Positions 17,085-24,848 of a stretch of DNA of 24,848 bases are shown here, piece after piece. The stretch's first letter is position 1, and every line of letters starts with the position of its first letter. Under the pieces are notes generated by a model, which was not told where the DNA came from, searched no databases, and saw only the letters and a program-made list of their open reading frames with translations. The stretch is from NCBI GenBank assembly GCA_964645025.1, contig CAZXYV010000002.1:1-24848 (forward strand). The letters run 5' to 3'. The position numbers were made by a program, and so were the translations under genes. The stretch is from an uncultured Dehalococcoidaceae bacterium. Lineage in GTDB: Bacteria > Chloroflexota > Dehalococcoidia > Dehalococcoidales > RBG-16-60-22.

Positions 17085-18041
17085 GTGACAACGTACATCA
17101 TTCGTAGAATCATATTGGCCGTAATCGTCCTGTTCCTGGTGACGATGATAGTATTTTTTGCGATGCGCCTTCTGCCCGGCGACCCTATTTACATGATCAT
17201 GACTTCAGGTGAACTGTCCAATGTTACCGAAGCGCAAATTCAGGCTCTCAGGCACGAGTTCGGACTGGATGAACCCATCATCGTCCAATATTTCAACTGG
17301 GTAAGCGGCGTTTTCCGGCTTGACTTCGGCACTTCAATAATGCAGCGCCGCTCGCCATTAGCTATGATCGGCCAGGGTGTCCCCGTAACCCTTAATTTAA
17401 GCCTGGTGTCCTTTGTCATCAGCCTTATCATCGGCGTTCCCGCAGGCGCGATTTGTGCTATCCGCCGGGGCACCTTGATAGATACGGTGGTAACGATATT
17501 AGCGAACATCGGCATTACCGTGCCTATTTTCTGGCTGGGTACTATGCTTATTTATCTTTTTTCACTACAACTCCACTGGCTGCCGGTGCAGGGTTATACG
17601 TCACCTTTCACGGACTTAGTAAAGAACCTCCGGCAGATTACTATGCCGGTTTTCTGCCTGGCTATCTTTCCGATAGCCTCAATAACGCGGCAGACCCGGT
17701 CGAGCATGCTGGAGGTCATGCGGCAAGACTACATCCGTACGGCATGGTCCAAAGGCCTGCAAGAACGGCTGGTGGTGATGAGACACGCCTTGAAAAACGG
17801 CCTCATCCCGGTGGTCACGCTCTCCGGTATGGGCTTGAGCATCATCCTGGGCGGTTCAGTCCTGATAGAGACCGTTTTTAATATCCAGGGCGTGGGACAA
17901 ATGCTGGTGAACGCCGTCTTTGCCCACGACTATCCGGTGGTTCAGGGTTTCATCCTGTTCGTCGCCGTGGCCGTGTTATTCATCAATCTGCTGGTGGATG
18001 TTTCCTACGGTTGGCTCGACCCGAGGATACGGTACGGTTAA
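17085..18041 (+). CDS. ABC transporter permease, DppB/OppB type (paralog of 10991-11947)
   Basis: Same length (318 aa) and same motifs: RLLPGDP, DYIRTAWSKGL, WLDPRIRYG. Confidence 0.92.
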   Translation: MTTYIIRRIILAVIVLFLVTMIVFFAMRLLPGDPIYMIMTSGELSNVTEAQIQALRHEFGLDEPIIVQYFNWVSGVFRLDFGTSIMQRRSPLAMIGQGVPVTLNLSLVSFVISLIIGVPAGAICAIRRGTLIDTVVTILANIGITVPIFWLGTMLIYLFSLQLHWLPVQGYTSPFTDLVKNLRQITMPVFCLAIFPIASITRQTRSSMLEVMRQDYIRTAWSKGLQERLVVMRHALKNGLIPVVTLSGMGLSIILGGSVLIETVFNIQGVGQMLVNAVFAHDYPVVQGFILFVAVAVLFINLLVDVSYGWLDPRIRYG

Positions 18042-18053
18042 GGAGCGCTTCTG

Positions 18054-18950
18054 ATGACGCAATCGGGTATTGTGTATAGTGAATCCTTAATAGCCGCGCC
18101 TCATACCAACGAGTTCCGGCGTTTCCTGCGGGTATTGTTCGGCCGGGGGCTGGTAATATTCGGCGCCGTCATTATATTGCTGGCTATTTTAACAGCCATT
18201 TTCGCGCCCTACCTGGCGCCTTACGACCCCTACGAGCAGAACCTGGCCGAGTCGCTAGTCAAACCCTCGGCGCACCACCTGCTGGGGACCGATTCTCTCG
18301 GCCGCGATACGTTGAGCCGGCTTATCTTCGGCTCACGGAACTCGCTGCTGGTCGGTCTGGTGGCGCTGGGCATCGCTGCCTCTATCGGTATCATCATGGG
18401 CCTATTCGCCGGTTACCTGGGCGGTTGGGTATACAATGTAATTATGAGATTTATAGACTCCCTGATGTGTTTCCCGATGATATTGCTGGCGCTGGTCATC
18501 GCCGCACTGCTGGGCGGTGGAATTAAAAACGTGATGGTGGCGCTGGGGGTGGCCATGCTGCCAGGGTACGCCCGCCTGATGTGCGGGCAGGTGCTTTCCG
18601 TGAGGGAAAATGACTACGTGCTGGCCGCCAACTCCGAAGGCGCCAGTAACCTGCGCATCATGTTCAACCACATTCTGCCGAACTGTTTTCCGCCGCTTAT
18701 CGTACTGATGACCATGCAGATAGGCGCCGCGATTCTGGCCGAGGCTGGTCTCAGCTTCCTCGGCGTCGGTATCGAACCGCCGGCCGCCGCCTGGGGTCTC
18801 ATGGTCAACGACGGGCGTTATTATCTACTTTCCAATCCCCTACTCTCTTTTGCGCCCGGCATGGCCATCATGCTGGTTGTGTTTGCTTTCAATATGGTGG
18901 GGGACGGGCTACGGGACGCCCTGGACCCCAGACTAAGAGGAATGCTTTAA
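18054..18950 (+). CDS. ABC transporter permease, DppC/OppC type (paralog of 11957-12856)
   Basis: HLLGTDSLGRDTLSRLIFG, EAGLSFLGVG, GDGLRDALDPR. Confidence 0.92.
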   Translation: MTQSGIVYSESLIAAPHTNEFRRFLRVLFGRGLVIFGAVIILLAILTAIFAPYLAPYDPYEQNLAESLVKPSAHHLLGTDSLGRDTLSRLIFGSRNSLLVGLVALGIAASIGIIMGLFAGYLGGWVYNVIMRFIDSLMCFPMILLALVIAALLGGGIKNVMVALGVAMLPGYARLMCGQVLSVRENDYVLAANSEGASNLRIMFNHILPNCFPPLIVLMTMQIGAAILAEAGLSFLGVGIEPPAAAWGLMVNDGRYYLLSNPLLSFAPGMAIMLVVFAFNMVGDGLRDALDPRLRGML

Positions 18951-19107
18951 TTAAAAACGAATAATTCCGCCAAGCACCGCAACTGACAATTCACGCATCT
19001 TGTCACCTTTACTCAAAATGTTAAATAACCGAAGCTCCATCTGCCTGGTATCGTCCGTCACTATTAGCTGGTGCTAAGATACTGAAACATACGCATGGAA
19101 AGGCAGA

Positions 19108-19130
19108 CATCCCGATGTTCATAGTGGCGA
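19108..19130. repeat. Dispersed junction motif, copy C (att-like, 2-nt deletion relative to A/B)
   Basis: CATCCCGATGTTCATAGTGGCGA. One minus-strand frame reads *TSGCLPFHAY. Confidence 0.6.
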
Positions 19131-19137
19131 TAGGTGA

Positions 19138-19167
19138 TTGATGCCACCAGAAGGATTACTGTATAAT
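19138..19167 (+). promoter_or_regulatory. Possible sigma70 promoter
   Basis: TTGATG-18 nt-TATAAT about 30 nt upstream of the TTG start at 19197. Confidence 0.45.
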
Positions 19168-19196
19168 CGAGTATCATTTTTAAAGGAGGTACGATT

Positions 19197-19334
19197 TTGA
19201 AAATAAGCGGCGTATGGATGGGCGTAATAGCAATTATTCTCGGTATCCTGGTCCTGGTGTTACCGGACATCATCAGGTTGACAGTAGGTGTGGGCCTTAT
19301 CGTTCTGGGCATACTGGCGCTGGTGAAAAAATAG
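19197..19334 (+). CDS. Small two-helix membrane protein, DUF3096-like (45 aa; absent from the ORF track)
   Basis: AAAGGAGGT then TTG. Translates MKISGVWMGVIAIILGILVLVLPDIIRLTVGVGLIVLGILALVKK*, flanked by a promoter and a terminator. Confidence 0.75.
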   Translation: MKISGVWMGVIAIILGILVLVLPDIIRLTVGVGLIVLGILALVKK

Positions 19335-19363
19335 CGGAGGTAATATTTTACACTACCTTCACC

Positions 19364-19399
19364 AAAGAGGGGGCGCGCAATTCCGCCCCTTCTTTTTTT
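19364..19399 (+). terminator. Rho-independent terminator
   Basis: GAGGGGGCG / CGCCCCTTC stem, 8-nt loop, followed by T7 (19393-19399). Confidence 0.8.
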
Positions 19400-19980
19400 A
19401 TCTCGTACTCAACACAACCACCGCGCTCCGGTTATAGCCACTTAGTACTATCATGACCGGTACTTTCTGACTATTGATACTAAGGCCAGGTGATTTAAAA
19501 TGTAAATAATATAAAAAACGCCCCGGGGAAAAACCGTAATAATTAATAATATTGTAATACTTTACCTCTTGATGTTATGACTATTTAATGTCTTGTTCAT
19601 TAGAATTAAGACAGACGAAGGGGTAAAGTTCGAAGAAAAATCAGGGTGACGACGATGAGCAAGATAAATGGGATTCTATTTCATGTAAGATGGGTTTTCA
19701 TGTCTCCTGAGAAAAGGTACCTGTACCTATGGCATCGCACGCAGCGAACCATGAAGCAGTCGGCCTATACCGGTCAAGTGTCGCTTGCGTCCCGGTAGTT
19801 GTCACTACCTTCGGCACGCCAATCAACGCAACTTTCTAAAGTTTTTCTTTTGCGTCTTTCTTTTATTACCGCGGTCCCGCTATACATTTTCACACCCATA
19901 CCGGCGGTTGCCAGCGCCTTCGAGGGTTGTTACAATGAATTAAAATCATTAAACCGCGATAGATGTGGTATATTTAAAAA

Positions 19981-20292
19981 ATGAAATTTACCATTTTACC
20001 TAAAACCGCTCCGGGTAAATGGTCCATCTGGCTGACCGTCGGTCTGGTCCTGTTTTTCGTCATAATGTTGCTCATGGTAGCTGCCGGGCAGCGCGGCGGC
20101 GAAACGTTTTTCAGCAATCTGGCGCTGGCCGTACCCGGTTTTCTGGCCGCTATTTGCGGCATCGCCGCTTTTTTCACCGGCATCATCGCTATCATTAAAA
20201 GCAAGGAGCGTTCGGGCCTCGTTTTCCTGGCGGTAATCATCGGGTTCCAGGTCCTCATGTTCTGCCTCGGTGAAGTCCTGTCGCCGCATTAA
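19981..20292 (+). CDS. Hypothetical membrane protein (3 predicted TM segments)
   Basis: 103 aa, LPKTAPGKWS N-terminus then three hydrophobic stretches; codon style matches neighbouring genes. Confidence 0.7.
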   Translation: MKFTILPKTAPGKWSIWLTVGLVLFFVIMLLMVAAGQRGGETFFSNLALAVPGFLAAICGIAAFFTGIIAIIKSKERSGLVFLAVIIGFQVLMFCLGEVLSPH

Positions 20293-20349
20293 GCCGGCCG
20301 CGAAATATCGCCGGAATTCCCCGCAATATATTCCTTGATGTAAAATAAA

Positions 20350-20358
20350 TGTTATAAT
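20350..20358 (+). promoter_or_regulatory. Extended -10 promoter element for efp-epmA
   Basis: TGTTATAAT (TGn-TATAAT) about 35 nt upstream of the efp ATG; AAGGAG ribosome-binding site follows. Confidence 0.55.
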
Positions 20359-20392
20359 ATAGCCATACCCCATCGCGGTCAAAGGAGTGTAA

Positions 20393-20959
20393 ATGGAAAT
20401 TTCTGGCGTGCGTAAAAACACCAAGCTGACGATAGACGGCACCCTCTATAATGTGGAAGAGGCCGAGTTCACGAAGCCCGGGAAAGGGCAATCTATTTAT
20501 CGCCTGAAGTTACGAAACCTGCGCGACGGCGGTGTGACCAACCGCACTTACCGCTCCGGGGATAAAGTAGATGAGGTACGCACCAGCAGCCAGGAAGAGC
20601 AATACCTCTACCAGGACGGCGACCAGTACGTGTTCATGGACTCCGTGACCTTCGAGCAGATTACCATCCCGGAGGAGCTCATCGGGGATAAAAAGTACTT
20701 CCTGAAAGAAGGCATGGTAGTAGTAATGCTGATGGCGGAGGAACGTCCTATCGATATCACCCTGCCGATAACGGTCGACCTTAAAGTCGTCCAGAGCGAG
20801 ATAACCTCCAAGACCGCCACCATTACCGCCCAGATGAAACAATCCATACTGGAAACAGGGTATGCCATCGGTACGCCCACCTTTATTAAAGAGGGCGATG
20901 TAATTAGAGTGGATACGCGTACCGGGGCATATGTAGAGCGGGTTAACGCCCCCAAATAA
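20393..20959 (+). CDS. efp: Translation elongation factor P
   Basis: KPGKG tip loop, YLYQDGDQYVFMD, LETG...FIKEGDVIRVDTRTGAYVER. Confidence 0.93.
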   Translation: MEISGVRKNTKLTIDGTLYNVEEAEFTKPGKGQSIYRLKLRNLRDGGVTNRTYRSGDKVDEVRTSSQEEQYLYQDGDQYVFMDSVTFEQITIPEELIGDKKYFLKEGMVVVMLMAEERPIDITLPITVDLKVVQSEITSKTATITAQMKQSILETGYAIGTPTFIKEGDVIRVDTRTGAYVERVNAPK

Positions 20960-20962
20960 AGC

Positions 20963-21892
20963 ATGTTAGAGGACGATAATAAAAGACTTGCCCGCATCAG
21001 GCCGAATTTACAGCGCCGGGCTTTAATCCTCGATTTTATCCGCACATTCTTCAAAGAGCAGGACTTCCTCGAGGTAGAGACCCCTACCCGCGTCCCGGCC
21101 GTCGCGCCGGAGCCTTATATCATCCCTTTCGAGAGCGGGGACTGGTTTTTAGCCACCTCCCCCGAGCTCCACATGAAACGGATGCTCGCTGCGGGCTACG
21201 CAAGGCTGTTCCAGTTCAGTCATTGTTTTCGCCAGGGTGAGCGGGGCCGCTGGCATAACCCGGAATTCACCATGCTGGAGTGGTACCGCGCCGGTGCGGA
21301 CTATAACCAGATTATTAACGACATCGAGCGCCTGGTGACGGCACTGGCCGGCAAGCTCGGCTTCAAAGATGTCATTAAATACGGCGGGCAGGCTATTAAT
21401 ATCAAAACGCCTTGGCCCAGGACGACCGTGAAAGACGCCTTCATCAATGCGGCGGGCTGGGACCCTGTAGCTGTATGCGACCCCCCGAGATTCGACATGG
21501 ACTTCGTGACCAAGGTGCAGCCTTCTTTTGACCCCCGCCGTCCTACCGTTCTCAAGGACTACCCCGCCGCCCTGGGTTCGCTTGCCCGCCTTAAACCGGG
21601 AGATGCCAGCGTGGCCGAGAGGGCCGAGGTCTTCATCGGCGGGCTGGAGTTGGCCAACGCCTATAGCGAGCTTGTGGACGCCGTGGAACAGGAGAAGCGT
21701 TTCCGGGAGGCAATCGAGCAAATCCGTAAAGAGCAGCACCGGCAGACGGACATGCCGCAGCGGTTTATGAAGTCGGTAGCTCACCTGCCGGCGTGCGGCG
21801 GCGTGGCGCTGGGGATTGACCGGCTGGTCATGCTGTTTTGCGACGCGCCCTCGATAGACGACGTGATGACGTTTACCGCTGATAATGCTTGA
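20963..21892 (+). CDS. epmA: EF-P lysine aminoacylase (EpmA/GenX/PoxA)
   Basis: LysRS-II catalytic core without anticodon domain: FLEVETP, LATSPELHMKR, FRQGE..HNPEFTMLEWY, ELANAYSEL, GVALGIDRL. Directly downstream of efp. Confidence 0.92.
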   Translation: MLEDDNKRLARIRPNLQRRALILDFIRTFFKEQDFLEVETPTRVPAVAPEPYIIPFESGDWFLATSPELHMKRMLAAGYARLFQFSHCFRQGERGRWHNPEFTMLEWYRAGADYNQIINDIERLVTALAGKLGFKDVIKYGGQAINIKTPWPRTTVKDAFINAAGWDPVAVCDPPRFDMDFVTKVQPSFDPRRPTVLKDYPAALGSLARLKPGDASVAERAEVFIGGLELANAYSELVDAVEQEKRFREAIEQIRKEQHRQTDMPQRFMKSVAHLPACGGVALGIDRLVMLFCDAPSIDDVMTFTADNA

Positions 21893-21903
21893 ATTGACTG
21901 CGC

Positions 21904-23154
21904 CTAGCTCAGTTCGGCGCCCCGGGGGACGACGACGATTCCCTTGCTGGAAATTGTACAACCCCGTTGCCGGTCTGCCTCCGGGTCATAGCCCACCTGC
22001 ACTCCGGCGCGGATAATAACCTCTTTATCGACGATGGCGCGCCTCACCCTGGCCCTGGGCTCGATGGTGACATCATCGAAGATGACAGAGTCCTCGATTA
22101 CAGCGTCTTTTTCCACGATAACGCCCGGCGATAGTATGGAGCGCTGTACGGTACCGCCGCTTATGATGCAGCCATCGGACACCATGGACTCCAGCGTCGT
22201 GCCGCCGATGATGCATTTGCTGGGCGGCATCGACCTTTCGAACGTCCGGAACTGCCACTTCTGCGTGTAGAGATTAAAGAGGGGACTGACGCCGATCATG
22301 TCCATATTAGCTTCATAGTAAGAGTCCAGCGAACCGACATCCCGCCAGTAGGAGGAATCGGGAGTCTGTTCCACCAGGACTTTATTTCTCCGCCCGCTCT
22401 CCACCTTGATGATATAGTCTTCTATCCGGTTCTGATTAGTGAAATCGTAAAGAAATATATCCTGGCGTTTTCCTATCAATCCGGGAATGATATTGGTACC
22501 GAAATCGTCCCCTTCTTCTTTCAGGATGTCCATCAGGAAATCCACATTGAAGACATAGATACCCATAGATGCCAGGGTATGGGCGTCATCTCCCGGCACT
22601 GACAACGGCTGCACCGGCTTTTCCACGAAACCGGTGGCCCGGAATTTATCATTTACCTCAAAAACTCCGAGCCGGCCAACTGCCTCTTCTACAGGCACAC
22701 GGGTGACCGATATGGTAAGCCCGGCATTATTAGCCTTATGAAAATCTACCAGCTGTTTGTAGTTCATCTTGTAGACATGGTCTCCCGCCAGTATTAAAAC
22801 ATACTCGAAGTCCTTGCCCCGCAATAAATCTAGGTTCTGGCGTATGGCGTCGGCGGTGCCGCGGTACCACTCCTGGCCTATTTTCTGCTGCGCGGGCACG
22901 CAGTAAATATATTCGCCCAGCCGGGAGCTCGATATTCCCCAGCCTTCCTGGATATGGCGCTGTAAAGACCACGAGCGGTACTGGACGAAGACGAAGATTC
23001 TCCTGATATTGGAGTTGATGCAGTTGCTTAGAGAAAAGTCGATGAGCCGGTATTTTCCGGCGAAAGGCACGGCCGGTTTGGAGCGTACTTTGGTCAGCGG
23101 TTGCAGCCTGTCCCCGCTGCCCCCCGCTAGTATAATGGTGAGGACCTTTTCCAT
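21904..23154 (-). CDS. glgC: Glucose-1-phosphate adenylyltransferase
   Basis: ILAGG..RLQPLT..RSKPAVPFAGKYRLIDF.LSNCINS, WYRGTADA, LAGDHVYKMNY, FVEKP, YWRDVG and C-terminal hexapeptide repeats. Confidence 0.93.
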   Translation of the reverse strand: MEKVLTIILAGGSGDRLQPLTKVRSKPAVPFAGKYRLIDFSLSNCINSNIRRIFVFVQYRSWSLQRHIQEGWGISSSRLGEYIYCVPAQQKIGQEWYRGTADAIRQNLDLLRGKDFEYVLILAGDHVYKMNYKQLVDFHKANNAGLTISVTRVPVEEAVGRLGVFEVNDKFRATGFVEKPVQPLSVPGDDAHTLASMGIYVFNVDFLMDILKEEGDDFGTNIIPGLIGKRQDIFLYDFTNQNRIEDYIIKVESGRRNKVLVEQTPDSSYWRDVGSLDSYYEANMDMIGVSPLFNLYTQKWQFRTFERSMPPSKCIIGGTTLESMVSDGCIISGGTVQRSILSPGVIVEKDAVIEDSVIFDDVTIEPRARVRRAIVDKEVIIRAGVQVGYDPEADRQRGCTISSKGIVVVPRGAELS

Positions 23155-23189
23155 GATTACCTCAAGCTATCATTTCAGGGTGCTTTTTT

Positions 23190-23198
23190 AGTATAGCA
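23190..23198 (-). promoter_or_regulatory. Possible extended -10 element for glgC
   Basis: Minus strand TGCTATACT about 35 nt upstream of the glgC ATG. Confidence 0.4.
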
Positions 23199-23239
23199 CT
23201 TATGTCAATAAATGGACATCAAGCCTGATGATTTTACAT

Positions 23240-23264
23240 GGGCAGGTTTAAAACCTGCCCCTAC
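23240..23264 (-). repeat. GTAG-type REP-like palindrome
   Basis: Minus strand GTAG-GGGCAGGTTT-T-AAACCTGCCC: perfect 10-bp arms preceded by GTAG, just past the DUF4129 gene's stop. Confidence 0.7.
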
Positions 23265-23269
23265 CTCTC

Positions 23270-24769
23270 CTATTCCCCCCTCAGTCCCCGTAACAAACCG
23301 CGCAGCACCCGCCACAGGCCATTGGCGCTAGCCACCTGCTTCTCCTGGGCATCGATTTCCCCGTAGCGGACACCCACGTATATATCGGTGAGGTGGGTTA
23401 AAGGCTCCCGGCTCTCCGGCACGATGCGTCCCAGGCGGCCGGAGTACTCCACGGGTGTCTCATGGCGACCGCGGGCCAGACCGGAGCTAGCCGCCTCCAG
23501 GAGCAAGCGCCGGTATATCTCACGGATATCCAGCCGGCGTGATTCATCGTCGCTATAATATTTCGGGGATGCTGGTGCCGGCTTTCTCTGGAACTTTTTC
23601 CCCATCATGCCTAAAAGCTCCCGTATATCGTTACCGAGGCCGCGCCAGCTGAACAGCGATTCATGGATTTCTTCTATCTCCTCCGCGGCGCGCCCGGCGC
23701 GTAAGCGGGAAACGGCCTTCGCCAGGATAAAAATCACGACGGCTACAATCGCCGCTATCACCAGCCATTTAATCGCCAGGAGAACTGCCGCTGGTAGCTC
23801 GGCGGGCGTCGTTTTCGGGAAAATGTCCCCAAAAGACATGTTCCCGGAACCATCGGGTTGCAGGGGCTGGTTACTGCGCAACAGGTTAACCAGCCACCGC
23901 ACCAGCCAGAATATCCCCTCGAATAGATAATTGAACGGAATCAGGACATAGTTTAATATCTTCCCGAGAAAGTCGAAGATAGCGCTAAAGCCGTGCCCGA
24001 CGCTGGCGAAAAACTCGGCGGAGAAAACACCGGCAATTCCGAAAACGATGAGAGTTATGCCGCCGATGACGGTGAGCATTATCGGTAGCCAGCGCCACAC
24101 GGACGTACGCCCGGCTTCTTCCCGCGGCATCGAGCCGCGCATCAGGTAAAGGTGAGAAATGGCGATAGCCAGCAGGCCGAAGAAGAAAAAGACGATGACG
24201 TCCAGCCCGATGGTCGGCCCGGGCTTCGGGAAATCGCCTGACGCCGCACTGATTTGCCAGATAATAATCAGCACGATGAGGGCCACCATGCCGAGTATAA
24301 AGGAACGGTAGATATTCCGGAAATAGGCTGTCGTCTGTCCCAGGTTGATGCCGCGCCACCAGAGATACAGCAGCACCGGCAGCGCCATGGCCATGGTATC
24401 GGGACGGGTAAATATATTGCCGAATACCTGCCCGATGTGAGCGAACCACCGGCCGCTGAGGAAGCCGTAGCCGGCACGGTATTCGATACCCAGCACCAGC
24501 AGGATAACGACGAGCCCAAGACCGACAATTACCGCCTGTACCCTGCTCACCGGCCATTTTAACCGTAGAAAAAAGCGTATCGCCAGAGTGGCGACCGCCA
24601 GCACGATGATTACCGAGGCCAGGCTCAAAGGCGGGCGGGGCTGAGGGAAAACGGGAAAGTTACCCAGCCAGCCCAGCCAGGGATAGACCCAGCAGGCCTC
24701 CATGAGGACTACCACCAGCGGGTAAAAAACCGTAGCCAGCCAGTCGAAGTTTTTAAACCGATTGGTCAT
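23270..24769 (-). CDS. DUF4129 domain-containing multi-pass membrane protein
   Basis: Many TM segments. C-terminal IREIYRRLL...GRHETPVEYSGRL...LTDIYVGVRYG matches the DUF4129 pattern. Confidence 0.8.
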   Translation of the reverse strand: MTNRFKNFDWLATVFYPLVVVLMEACWVYPWLGWLGNFPVFPQPRPPLSLASVIIVLAVATLAIRFFLRLKWPVSRVQAVIVGLGLVVILLVLGIEYRAGYGFLSGRWFAHIGQVFGNIFTRPDTMAMALPVLLYLWWRGINLGQTTAYFRNIYRSFILGMVALIVLIIIWQISAASGDFPKPGPTIGLDVIVFFFFGLLAIAISHLYLMRGSMPREEAGRTSVWRWLPIMLTVIGGITLIVFGIAGVFSAEFFASVGHGFSAIFDFLGKILNYVLIPFNYLFEGIFWLVRWLVNLLRSNQPLQPDGSGNMSFGDIFPKTTPAELPAAVLLAIKWLVIAAIVAVVIFILAKAVSRLRAGRAAEEIEEIHESLFSWRGLGNDIRELLGMMGKKFQRKPAPASPKYYSDDESRRLDIREIYRRLLLEAASSGLARGRHETPVEYSGRLGRIVPESREPLTHLTDIYVGVRYGEIDAQEKQVASANGLWRVLRGLLRGLRGE

Positions 24770-24803
24770 AGCGAATTAATGTCCATATGAAAATCTATCA
24801 TAA

Positions 24804-24848
24804 TGTCATTGCGAGGCCGACCTGCTCGCCAAACAAGTTCTTTGGCAG
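24804..24848. repeat. Start of a TGTCATTGCGAG-type palindromic intergenic repeat, cut by the window edge
   Basis: TGTCATTGCGAGG followed by an internal hairpin GCCAAA-7 nt-TTTGGC. The expected closing arm would lie beyond the window. Confidence 0.45.

Noticed and set aside
18984-19005. TGACA-N12-TGTCA dyad as the same operator as 8545-8556
   Set aside because: Spacer length differs (12 versus 2) and 5-bp arms are common by chance.
14839-19120. The 14-bp exact repeat ACATCCCGATGTTC as stand-alone proof of a target-site duplication
   Set aside because: Roughly one 14-bp match is expected by chance in 25 kb; it is retained only because of the third copy, the junction positions and the dyad structure.
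19351-19812. 10-bp direct repeat CACTACCTTC (19351-19360 and 19803-19812)
   Set aside because: Too short to be significant, with no supporting boundary evidence.
21149-21961. 270-aa minus-strand ORF and the many other 60-190-aa ORFs overlapping annotated genes
   Set aside because: Antisense or out-of-frame shadows of well-supported genes, with no recognisable motifs or ribosome-binding sites.
23212-24786. ATGGACAT / ATGTCCAT inverted repeat around the DUF4129 gene as transposon ends
   Set aside because: Only 8 bp, flanks do not extend, and there is no transposase.

Overview
Bacterial genomic window; gene style suggests an anaerobic Dehalococcoidia-like Chloroflexota organism (inference only). 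Left to right: (1) the end of a branched-chain-amino-acid-type ABC operon (livH partial, livM, livG, livF), co-oriented with a UroD/MtaA-fold protein and a C_GCAxxG_C_C protein; (2) a translationally coupled minus-strand operon of a small YIDPGTGS membrane peptide, a kinase-like/SAM-methyltransferase fusion (NoeA-like) and a membrane-anchored alkaline-phosphatase-superfamily enzyme; (3) two paralogous family-5 (Dpp/Opp-type) ABC cassettes (SBP + 2 permeases, no ATPase), the first followed by a CocE/NonD hydrolase; (4) a housekeeping-like block with two small membrane proteins, efp-epmA, glgC and a DUF4129 protein. The main unexplained structure is a ~25-bp motif present three times in the same orientation at module junctions (5054, 14840, 19108). 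One copy lies inside a fragment resembling the C-terminal tail of a large serine recombinase, suggesting att-site scars of stacked islands. No rRNA, tRNA or CRISPR array was recognised.
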